Assembly (NCBI RefSeq): GCF_009914755.1
Contig: NC_060936.1
DNA: 64,000 bases
Strand: one strand, 5' to 3'
Source: the human T2T-CHM13v2.0 reference genome, Homo sapiens
Shown here: in pieces, positions 53,520 to 64,000 of the stretch
How positions within the stretch are numbered: the stretch's first letter is position 1
How the letters are laid out: the number at the start of each line of letters is the position of its first letter
The notes under the pieces: model-generated
Databases searched by the model: none
What the model saw: the letters and a program-made list of their open reading frames with translations, nothing else
What the model was told of the DNA's origin: nothing
Translations under genes and position numbers: made by a program

Positions 53520-53895
53520 CAAATTATTTTTCTATTTAGCACATATAAATCAAGCCCCTGTAGAGCTCCAGACACTGTTCTAAACATTGGGAATACAACA
53601 GTGAACAAAACATATATAGGTGGTTACAGATGTTATGAAGAAAAAAAAAGCAAATAACAGGGTTATAGGTTGATGGGGCAGGGGGAGTGCTATTTAAATA
53701 AGAGGATTGGAAATTAAGTTATAATAATAAGGTGACATTTAAACCGACATGTAGGCAGAGTGATGGAGTGAGCCATATAGAATAAGGCTGTTCCAGATAT
53801 GGAGAGCAGCAAATGCCAAAAATCCAAAGCAGTTTTATGCTTGGCCATATTCAAAAACCAGCGAGGTGGACAATATGGGAGGAGCAGAGCAGGTT
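53520..53895 (-). mobile_element. L2 remnant
   Basis: CCAGACACTGTTCTAAACATTGGGAATACAACAGTGAACAAAACA and AAGGTGACATTTAA. Confidence 0.7.
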
Positions 53896-54920
53896 AAGTA
53901 TCAGACTTCCACACTGGGGATGCTTCAGCCTCCTACCTCCCATTAAAGGTACTTCGTCTCTCATTAAATTCAACAACCTGCTTGCAAAATAAATTATTTA
54001 ACTTCTGATTCCCCCAAGTACTTATCATCAACTGCTTTTCACATAGGCTTTAAAAGTTTCAACTTGTGTCTAATCTTAACACCACAGGAAAAAATCTTTT
54101 GTATTTGCTGTAGACTTTTTTTTATGTCTATGTGGATGTGTCCATCTGCGAAAGGCAATGGCAGGTAAAAGTGTCAGAACTGAACTCTTTTCTGTTCAGA
54201 TTTAGTTCATTAAACTTCAAAGGGGCTTATATTTCAGTTTTCTATTGTCCACTTAAAAATATAAGAAGGATTTTTAAAAGAGCTAAATCTCCACATAAGA
54301 AAGATAAAGTAAAACTGTATTTGGAAAGTTTTCTTGGGAGCCAGTTTAGAATGGTTAGCAATACTTGTCAATGCAAGAGCAAATAAAACATGAACTCTGC
54401 GCACTTCTGCTAATTTACTGTAAAACCTCTTGGTAAGAAACGTCAAGAAATCCTTCTTATAAAATTGTCTTCTATAATACATTTATAACTTTTTTTCTGT
54501 TTATAAGATCTATTGTAATATTTTCCTGGATGTTTTTCAGGGAAAATAGGAAACAAAACAAACACATCACGCAAATTATTTATATTGGCTAAATTAGGGA
54601 GACGCTTGTTTATGCAGAACAATCAGCATCCACAAAGATTATGCAAAACACTGTTCAGTAACACCAAGTTTTTACAAAAATGATACACTGTTTCCCCTGT
54701 TCTTTCTCTGTAACTCCTCAGAAAATTCACTGGTTGCGTGTGACCTTAGCCTAAGGCAATTTTATACCTACAGTTTTTAAAGGTATGCTTGGAATTTCAT
54801 TTGGAACAATTCCGTAATAATACGGACCTATCTTATACAGGAGAAATGATACTTTTTTCTTCTTGGTCATAGATTTTAGGAGTAAAGGAGAAAAGCAATA
54901 AGAGGTTAGCGGATGGAAGG

Positions 54921-55301
54921 TGTATTAGTCCATTCTCACACTGCTACAAAGAAATACCCGAGACTGGGTAATTTATAAAGAAAGGACGTTCAATTGACTC
55001 ACAGTTCCGCATGGCTGGGGAGACCTCAAGAAACTTACAGTCATGGCGGAAGGTGAAGGGGAAGCAAGCCTGGGCCTTCTCACATGGCAGCAGAAGAGAG
55101 TATAACTGCAGGAGGAACCAACAGACACTTACAAAACCATCAGATCTCGTGAGAACTCACTCGCTATTATGAGAACAGCATGGGGGAAACTGACCTCATG
55201 ATCCTATTACCTCCACCTGGTCTCTCCCTTGACATGTGGAGGTTATAAGGATTGTAATTCAAGATGAGATTTGAGTGGGGATAAAAAGCGTAACCGTATC
55301 A
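54921..55301 (-). mobile_element. THE1D-like solo LTR
   Basis: TGTATTAGTCCATTCTCACACTGCT...CAGATCTCGTGAGAACTCACTC...TATCA; TSD GAAGG/CAAGG. Confidence 0.92.
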
Positions 55302-57719
55302 CAAGGCAAATCTTCATTCAAAGATAAAGCAAGAACAAAAAAGGGGTGGATAGAATTAATTATATTGCTGGGTTTTCTTCATGAAGAACATCTGTGCCTT
55401 TAGAGCTTTTCATTTAAGACACATGTAATAACAAACAGTTTAGTAATAGTACATTTTGGGGGTAATCTCAGATTAAAAACACCAGCATTTCCTGACCCAG
55501 GCAGCAAAGAAGTTATGGCTGCTGTTGAAAACAGGACAAATTTGCTACATAGCCTCTTGTCACTTTAAAAATTCACTTTGGTCAGCCAAGATTAATATGG
55601 GAGGCTCACAGTCCACACAAATTCTTCTGGGCCCCTGCTATTTGTCAAAACATCCATGTAATATTAATAGCATTAAGCAGCTCCTAAACATTCATATTAG
55701 TGATACCAGTAATACTTGGCCTTAGTGTCAGCTCAGCACTTCCCATTCTCATTGGAAAGGGCAAATATTTATATTAGCTCCACTTAGAAGATGCGTCTTA
55801 GGATACTGAAGCATGTAACTTAACCCACAAAATTAAAAATAAAGTCATTTCAATGTGACTTTTAAAGAAACACAATTCAGTTATAATATGGCTTTTTGAA
55901 TATAAGAAAGAAAGTATAACTAGAATTGGGTTGTCTTATCATCCTAAGAGTTACAAGGATATATATTTCCTCCTGGAAAATAGTTATTTTGGACCCTGCC
56001 TGTTCAAGTATTTTCTCTGTCAATTATCGCAGATTTTTCAGGTCTTCAGGGAATTCATGGATCAAAAAACATAAGACAGTCTTTCCATATTGTAGAATAT
56101 TTCTATCACTAACTATAACTCGGTGCCTATTTCTGCAGTATCCATCCATATTACAAAAGTTTCAATAAACACTGGAGTTGGAAACTTTGGTAGATTCTTG
56201 TGAGATTTCTGAGGTTTAGTTGCCGAAAGTCACAAAAGGTTGAACTTTTCTCAAAGATATTGATATTTAGCAGAATTGGAATGAAATTTCATCATGGTTT
56301 TGTGGCACTAATATAAATAGAAAAAAATCGTTTATTTTTTTTAACAGTGACTCAAACATTGATGATTTTTTTCATGTTGATATCAATAAATTTATCTGAA
56401 AGTAGGGGCTATAATACTGCTAGAGTTATCTAGCATGCTTTTGTTGTTGTGATTGTTTTCCCTTGTCCATAGTTTCTCTAAACATTTTATTTTTCTTATA
56501 TCTTTACTAGGGTTATTTTACATATATACATCATCTCTTCATTCCACATGTGCCATTTTCATCCCATTTCTGAGTATTTTCCAGTGCACCACTCTCCTGT
56601 GTCTCATTTAGCTCTTATCAAATCTTTGTGTTATCACATAATAGAGTTACAGACGGTTTTAGGGCTAAATTATATTCGAAACCTGAGCTATGTTTTTCAA
56701 TTAACTGTTTAAAATATTTTAAATGAATCCCTTATTTAGTGGTAAATCATTTAATTAGCAATAACCTAGAAGAGTGTATGGCACAGTAATAAACCTGGGG
56801 AAATTAGGTCATCCTGACTTGTTTTTGGAGAGCCATTTGACTGCCAGATCCCATGGGTTCCTTAAGAATACTATTTCCCAGAAGTAGAAACATTATTCTT
56901 TAGAGGCCGAAGTTGAAAGATATTCCTGGTAAATGGTATATAATTTTAACTTGCAGTGGTCCAGAAGAGAACCTGAATATGCATCTAAGGTGCTTCTCAT
57001 TTGTACTGTCTTAAAGAACACAAATACACATTTGAGGCACAGGAAAAATGTCAGATTTCTACAAATAAAGTATTTGCACCTGTAAGTCATGCTCAATGCA
57101 GGCAAAAGACCTACAAGGAGACCAACATAAGAATATAAAATGTAAATGTTTTAAAAAAAGTGATTTCACTCTAAATTTTTTTCATTACCATAATATATTC
57201 CTATGCATATACACTCAGAAACATATCTAACAAGGTCTTATAATATAAATGAAAGAATCTAACATAACGTGAAACTGCTACATATAAAACTATATCACAA
57301 TTAAGCAAAAAGTAACACTTTTTAATCAGAGGCAAAGTGTTCATATATTTGAGATATAGTTTATAAGAAATAAATATCAATTAGACTGCTTCCAAAGAAC
57401 AATCTCTAGAAAATACGGCATGTGAATATTTTATCCTCCATCTCAATTTTTTAGAGTGTGGATGACGGTTTACAGAGAATTGAAGTTGACAAGGCAAGGA
57501 ACAGCTGAAAGTGCAGGCAGCCCTTAGCCAAATAAAGTTTCTAAGATGGGAAATATCCCCCACTGTTCTGTTTCTGGAACTGTTGCCGTCGCAGTGTGGG
57601 GCAAATAAGAACATGCAAATTTCTTGACAACCTTCTATATGCATGTCATCTAAAAATTGCATGTAGTGCTCACACCAACCACTCAGCTCACTCAGCTATT
57701 TTCACAGTGCCTGATTTAC

Positions 57720-57840
57720 TAGCGAGAAAACAATAGCTTAAATAGATTAAATTATTTTCCCAACATCTCCCAGTGGGTAAGTGACAAAGTCAGGATGCAT
57801 CCTCAGTTCTATGTAATTGTGAAGTCAGCAGTCTTTCTGT
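57720..57840 (-). mobile_element. MIR remnant
   Basis: GAGAAAACAATAGCTTAAATAGATTAAATTATTTTCCCAA...GTAAGTGACAAAGTCAGGAT. Confidence 0.5.
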
Positions 57841-59859
57841 TAAATTCCATTGCCTTGCATTTCATAAAGACTGAGGGGGTTCTGTACTATGGAAAACTGA
57901 TCTTGAAGACTGAGATGCCTATGAAATGAGAAAGACTAAATAGATAACATCCATGGAGAAATAGGAGGATGGGTAGGTGCCTGCCATGCAGGAAGTGAAT
58001 ATGTTATGTGTGTGAGCATGTACATGGTACCTAAGTGAGTACATACGTGGTACCTAAGGCACTGTGGTATACTTAATATAGGGCAGAGTAGAAAACTAGT
58101 GCAAGGAGAGGCCTCTCAGAATGGGGCATGACTGAAGAGTTAGAGGAATCTAAGGGAAAACAACAAGTCTGATAACCCAATTTATCCCAGAGTCAGGCTT
58201 GGGTTTAAGTCTTCTTGTCTCTATCATGTCTAATGTTTCCTCGGTGGTTGCTGGCATGCCTTGTCTTCTCCATTGATTACAGCAGTAACCTCTATGAGAC
58301 CGAGGTCAAAGAGAGAATCTTTCTTTTTTTCTGAAGAGCCCCAGGTGTCACAGTGATCAGATAAAGCTGGCCAGATGACTGAAACTTCGAGAAGGCCCAA
58401 TAACAAATGGAAAGAAATGGTTTGTGAATGGAGGCATGAGTGGCACAGCAAAAATTTCCTTTCATGGAAAGTTGTTAGACCATTGGGTGTTAATGTGCAT
58501 GACCTCTCCATGCCCATCCCTCCATGGAAAAAGGCATAAAAGGCAGAAATCTTATGTTTCTGGGGTCCTCTGTCCTGGTAGATTCCCATGCTATGGGAGC
58601 TGCTGAATCTGACTTTGAAGCTCAGGGCACCGTCCTGTGAGGATAAATAGACGGACTTAAGAGCCAGGCTTACTTGCCAGCATCCTTGACCATGTATTTA
58701 TTCTATGCATTGTTTGTTTGCTGATTCTATAGTAAACAAAATCTATTCCAAATCATCATTCTCTCAATGGTCCAAACTAGACCAGCTTTAATGGTCTGGC
58801 CTAGTTCAAGCAGGATATAGTAATTGCTGATGTTTATTGTAAAGCACTTTGTAATTACCAAGGTTCTATCATAGATCTAATCTTATTTTTTATCATCCTC
58901 TCATGAGAAAGAAGGTATTTTTCTTCCCCAATCTTCAAGGTGTAGAAACTGAGTTCCAGATTTGTTAACTCCTTTCACATCTCACCACTAAGGAATTTGG
59001 GGCCAGAATCTATGTATCCTCCCTCCTACTGCCTTCTGCATATTATTTTATAAATAGCATAGGGTTAATGACTGATGGGAAGGTCGCGTGGATCATCACT
59101 GTTTTCAAATGAAAATTTCTCCCAATTTTGGGAACTTTTGGCTTCCCATTATGTTTCAGCACATTTCAAACCAAATATAAATAGGGATAAGATTTTACCT
59201 GTGGAGAAAAATCACAGAAACTTGAATAAATGTTCTTTTCAAGTTCAAAATTGCAAGTAACCAGAAAACAGTCTTGGGAAATATTCTAAATAGGGGATTG
59301 AGAGTGTAAAGAAAATATCCAAAATGCAAACTATATGTCATGTAATAGTCTGGAGGTAAACAAGAAAAGCTGCTTTGGTGTTTAGAAATGAGAAAATCAA
59401 AATTATATAACAACCAGCAGCAAAATATTCAATACTTTAACTCATAAAACAAATTTTTAGTCTCTGCTGACTTGGGAAGGAGGTAGGTCAAGGAACAAGG
59501 ACAGGATCCTGGCACATAGCTTAATCAATGCAAACTGAATGGATGAAGAAATGAAAGGAGTTACTGCCATAAACACAGCTGAGAAGGAGAATGAGAGATG
59601 AGTCCCCCAAACACAGATCTTATCCTGTACCTTCCCACAATTTTTTCTTTAACAGTTTTTACAATGTTTGATTTTGTTTTTAATTTCTCCTTTTCCACAG
59701 CTCATGAATCCATAAGTTTCACCTTTCCCTGGATAGGATCAAGAAAGGTCCTATTGGAGTATAAGATTTGGATGTGTGATGGTTGTGGTAGAATGGGGTA
59801 AAGAGAAGGCACTTGTAGAGACACGCACAGTACTAAACCTAAACCTGCAGTACTTAAAG

Positions 59860-60060
59860 TTGTCACTACTTCTCTGTGTGCTCAGAGCTTTACTTCTATT
59901 AACTCATTTAATTCTCACGATTCTAGAAGGTTGATGTTCCTACTTCCAACTTATTTATCAAAAAATAGAGACAGAAGTAGCACATAGAAAAGGTGGCAGA
60001 GCAGAAATTGTAACCTGTATCTGTCTGAAATCAATGCTGTCTGCTGTTTTCACTAAACTA
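59860..60060 (-). mobile_element. MIR remnant
   Basis: ATTAACTCATTTAATTCTCAC...GGTGGCAGAGCAGAAATT. Confidence 0.55.
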
Positions 60061-61956
60061 TTCTCAGACCATAGGAATAATCCAACTTTTTCAGTTTGCT
60101 CATTAATAATGAGTAGTGATATGACTAATAACTGAATATAGCAAAATAGTTATGGACCTAGTTATAATAAATCCTGTTTTGGTCCTCTCTACATTATACC
60201 AAAGCTAGCCTTTGCTTTATTAGTTAGAGATAAATTTTGAAAGCATATCGTATACACAGATAGCATTCCCAATAAAAGCACTGGTTGCATAAGTAAAACC
60301 CAAATGCATTGCCTCCGCAGAGCCTATGCCTCCAGTATCACATAATCAGGGGTAACTGCTGTTTTTCCCATAAAAGTCCTGGTAGCATCCAATATTGGAA
60401 AACCTGGTTAGAGGCTGGAGGCTCCTGGTGTCCTTTGCCTAGATACCTGGCTACTCTAAAGGCCTGAGTCATCAGTTTCAGAAGGTTGCAATCCATGTGC
60501 ATATCTCAAAATTTCCTTTTATATTAGATGGCATAAAATACAGATATGAATTTATAATTCTTGAATTAATCAAAATCACAAACTAAACTGAATCAAATGT
60601 AAAGTTTCTTTTTCTTCCCTGCTTCTAAGACTAAAGTCTTAGAATTAAAGACATCCAGAACTGTGTTTAAAATATTCTATCCATCACCTAAATCCATTCA
60701 GAATGCAAAATTATTCAACAGCTCTTTAAAAGATTTCTTCAAACTTTACATAATTCTATCCTTTTCTGATTCTCACATATTTCCTAGCATAAATTTGATT
60801 GCAAGAGGACGAATATTTTGACTTATTTAGAGAAAGAAAATAGTTTTCTGATTAGTTATTTAAATAATTTTGACAAAGATGCTCTCCAAAACTCTTAACA
60901 CAAACAAAAAGTGATTTTGAAATACTGCTTTGGATTCTTCCAACTTAAAATGAAGAGGAGAAATAGAAACTGGCATGTGCTTAGAAACATTAGTTGTAGA
61001 CTTGGGTTGCTGAATATTCCCTGAAAAGTAATATAACATTTTTTTCCTTTGAAATAACAAAATAATGGCATTAACAGCCCATAGCCACAGTGAAAAACTG
61101 GAATAACAAGAGAGTGGGAAAAATATTCCAAGGTGAATGCCAAAATGCCAAGGTAAAATGCAAAGAATGATAATAGCTCTTCATTTTTCTAAGATGAGTT
61201 TTCCAGTTCGGCTGGGAGTAAGTATGGGAGTTAGTTACAACTGGTAGCACATCACATGGTTGCCACTTCTAAAGTTTGCTAAGAACAATTACAAAATCCT
61301 AAATGGTAGTTATTCTTGAATATTTGCTCTCAAATCTCATTCTTTACCAGCTCAAACTGAAGTTACTGCTGCTGGTTGCGAAAATGAGAGGGTTTTCTGG
61401 TCTTAGTTAACTCCTTTGAAATCACAGACTCTTGGAATTCAAATAGATGACACGCATGGGAAATCAAACATAGAACTGTCCTTGTAAGTAGGAAGAGTTA
61501 GAAGCCCTTTGCCAGCTTTATGGAGCCTATAGAATTGTGGTGTCATGTATGCCTTCTCATATGCTGGGAAATTTAACCTTTATAGTCATTTGTGTCATAA
61601 AAGCATCCCTATTAAATGTAAATATCCCTGGACCCATCATAAGCCTAATAGATTCCATCTCCTGTCATATTAGGAACTGGAAAACTCTATTAGGAAGAAA
61701 CACTGTATAGAAGATGGGTTGAGAAAGATTGTAAGAGCAAGTGGAGGTTTACTGTGTGAAACATCACTGTGATTAAACAGCCATGTGTGTTGGCTGATGG
61801 CAGGGGCATGAGGGAGAGGGCTTGGTGGAGGGTTCAGGGAACAAAGTCATATACAGTGCTCTTCTTCCAGCTCTATTTTACATCATTATTAGTTGATAAA
61901 TAATAGGAACGTCAAGAATGAGAGTTAAGTTGTTAAGTCTCATTTTATCTATTAAT

Positions 61957-62460
61957 TATTAAAGAAAAAATATTTATAACACTTGTTGAATAGTAGGGCA
62001 GACTTTACTCAAGACCATTGCATTAACCATAGGGACCACTGAGATGGGTTTTGCGATAGAGGAGAAAGGTTGGGCTCAACTCCATATACAATAAGGAAAA
62101 CTGGGAATTTATAGCCTGTGAGCCAGGTTGCAGTAGGAAGGTCAGTGAATGGAAACACACCAAGAGGAGGCATCAGGGATAAGAGGCGATTCTGGTTAAA
62201 CCAATGTAGCAGAATGCCTGCTGATGGCAGGCCAAGGTGATCAGACACTACATGAGGAATGGTTGGGAATGAGGAACCTGCTCAGATATACAGTGTGATC
62301 AGATACTGAGGGTGGAAGGTTCTGGTTAAACTGACTTATCAAGATTGTTTCTAATATTGGACAATGCAGAAACACAGAAGCCCAAAAGTCAGGACCTAGT
62401 TGAGAAGAGAGTTCAGAGGCGCCTGATTATGGCACGGGCAAGGAAGAAATATTTGTCCAC
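61957..62460 (-). mobile_element. ERV1 solo LTR, MER31-like
   Basis: TTAAAGAAAAAAT..., ATAGGGACCACTG, TTGGGCTCAACTCC, TGGGAATTTATAGCC, GGCCAAGGTGATCAGA and GTCAGGACCTAGTTGAGAAGAG. Confidence 0.8.
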
Positions 62461-63695
62461 ATTCCTGCACCCAGTGTATCTTTATATTTACTATGTTAAT
62501 GAAAGTAGAAAATATTCATCTAATAGGCCATAATATAATATTTCTACACCATATAGGAATACATTTTACTTTAATAGAAGTGGAACTGAACAGTCACTGG
62601 AAGGATATCCATTATAGATTTTTCCATGGTGGGGTTGAATGGAACTTACTTTTGTATTATAATTTAATGAACAGTCAACCAGAAGACTTAAATTCTAGTT
62701 AAACCATGCGAATGTGGACAAGTCACTTCTCTTTTACTTCAATTGTTCTCCTAGAGTTGGCTATGTGCTTTCTACGCAAAAGTCTGCCTCAAGCTTTCAC
62801 AGGCAACACTTTTACCAAATGGTTTGTCACAGAACAACAAAAGTCACTGGATCTCCAGGCTGCAATATCTATTTGTTTGTTATTCACTGCCTGACTGCAA
62901 TTCAATTGCCTCATATTTATTATAAAATAATAAATATCCATGCATTAATCTCTGTGTTAGCTAGTTGCTCTATCAAAATTAATTTTAAAATGCAGTAGAT
63001 TTTACAAGACAATAGTATATTAGTCACTCTCACAAGCAGAGATGAGCTGTCAGGGGTTGGAGGCAGCTACTATCAACAGTTGTCTTCGGTCCTTGCATCT
63101 GAAGAGAGAGGGTGATGTGGAAGTTGGCACAATAACTTACACGCACATTCCACTGAAGGGGAGAATTTCAGTCACAAGGCTGCACTTAAAATTAAGAGCT
63201 TTTATTACTAGCAGGAATAAAGAAAGAAATACTGAGAGATAATTGGCAGGCTCTTCTACAGTGGACTTCGAGTCCAACAAGCAAAGCTCCATATTTATAA
63301 TCTTTGAGAATTTTTGTTTCCCAGACACCAGTCTCTGTGCTCTGCCCAACCTCTGTCCCTCAGTTTAATATTCTTTATTTTGAAGTAATTGTTTTTAAAA
63401 CTAGCCTTGGAGATATACGCACAAGTCGTTTAACAAATCTCTCCTACCAGTTGTATATAATAAATGTTCCCCTTTGTTGGGTGCAGGCTGTTTAATTGGA
63501 TTTATTAGTCCTATATTTTTAGTTTGTAACACAAAATTTGTTTGGCTTTGTTTTCAGTCCTTGAATGTTTCATGTTATGAGGCTCTTAGTTGACTTTAGA
63601 CTATAAGTCATGGGCAAAAGGACCTTTCTTTGTTTCCTTCCTTTTTTGCATCCAGGAATGCCTCCTTCATCTTAGGTTGATATCTTTCTTCTAGT

Positions 63696-63893
63696 TAGGG
63701 TTGCCAGAAAAAAATACAATATGCCTAGTTAAATTTGAAATTCAGAAAACTTTTTTTTGTAATATAAAGTATATTGCATGTAATAATTTGGACATATTCA
63801 TACTTCAAAAAGTTGTTATTATTTATAAAAGTAGTCAATATTTAAAGTTAAGTAGGTGTGCGATGTTTTTATTTGTTAGCAATTCCACTCTTA
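63696..63893. mobile_element. MER53-like hAT MITE
   Basis: TAGGGTTGCCAGA.AAAATACA...AGTTAAATTTGAA.TTCAGA with a diverged inverted counterpart. Confidence 0.75.
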
Positions 63894-64000
63894 GAACAAA
63901 ACTGAAAGCTGCAAGAAATAGCTATTTTCCCCCTAAAATAATACATGGTCTATAACCCAACTCACAATAAGCATCATAGTGACCAAAGGCTTTGCAAGAG

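Noticed and set aside
59670-59803. Strong acceptor TTTCTCCTTTTCCACAG at 59700
   Set aside because: Only a weak downstream donor (GGG|GTAAAG); isolated acceptors are common in T-rich DNA

Overview
AT-rich, CpG-poor primate genomic DNA, most likely human or ape: it carries AluJ/S/Y, L1PA, THE1 and Tigger1 elements plus a young L1PA2/3-type fragment. It looks intergenic or deep-intronic. Roughly half or more is recognisable transposon sequence. I see no intact protein-coding gene, RNA gene or CRISPR-like array; the ORF track is explained by decayed L1, Alu and Tigger frames or by chance AT-rich frames. The main structure is a 13-kb four-level nest at 4171-17230: a 5'-inverted L1PA15/16-type element contains a full-length L1PA10/11-type element, which contains an antisense L1PA8 fragment, which contains two Alus. 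A second nest at 36152-39128 (MER3 > Tigger1 > AluS) has a young L1 fragment inserted in the Alu's own target-site duplication (TSD). There are three clear twin-primed L1s. The unique DNA holds a few candidate non-coding + strand exons (best at 22827-22925) and candidate enhancers (XRE/MRE cluster at 54398-54826). I found no convincing undescribed biological system. Subfamily names come from remembered diagnostic motifs and need RepeatMasker/Dfam confirmation.
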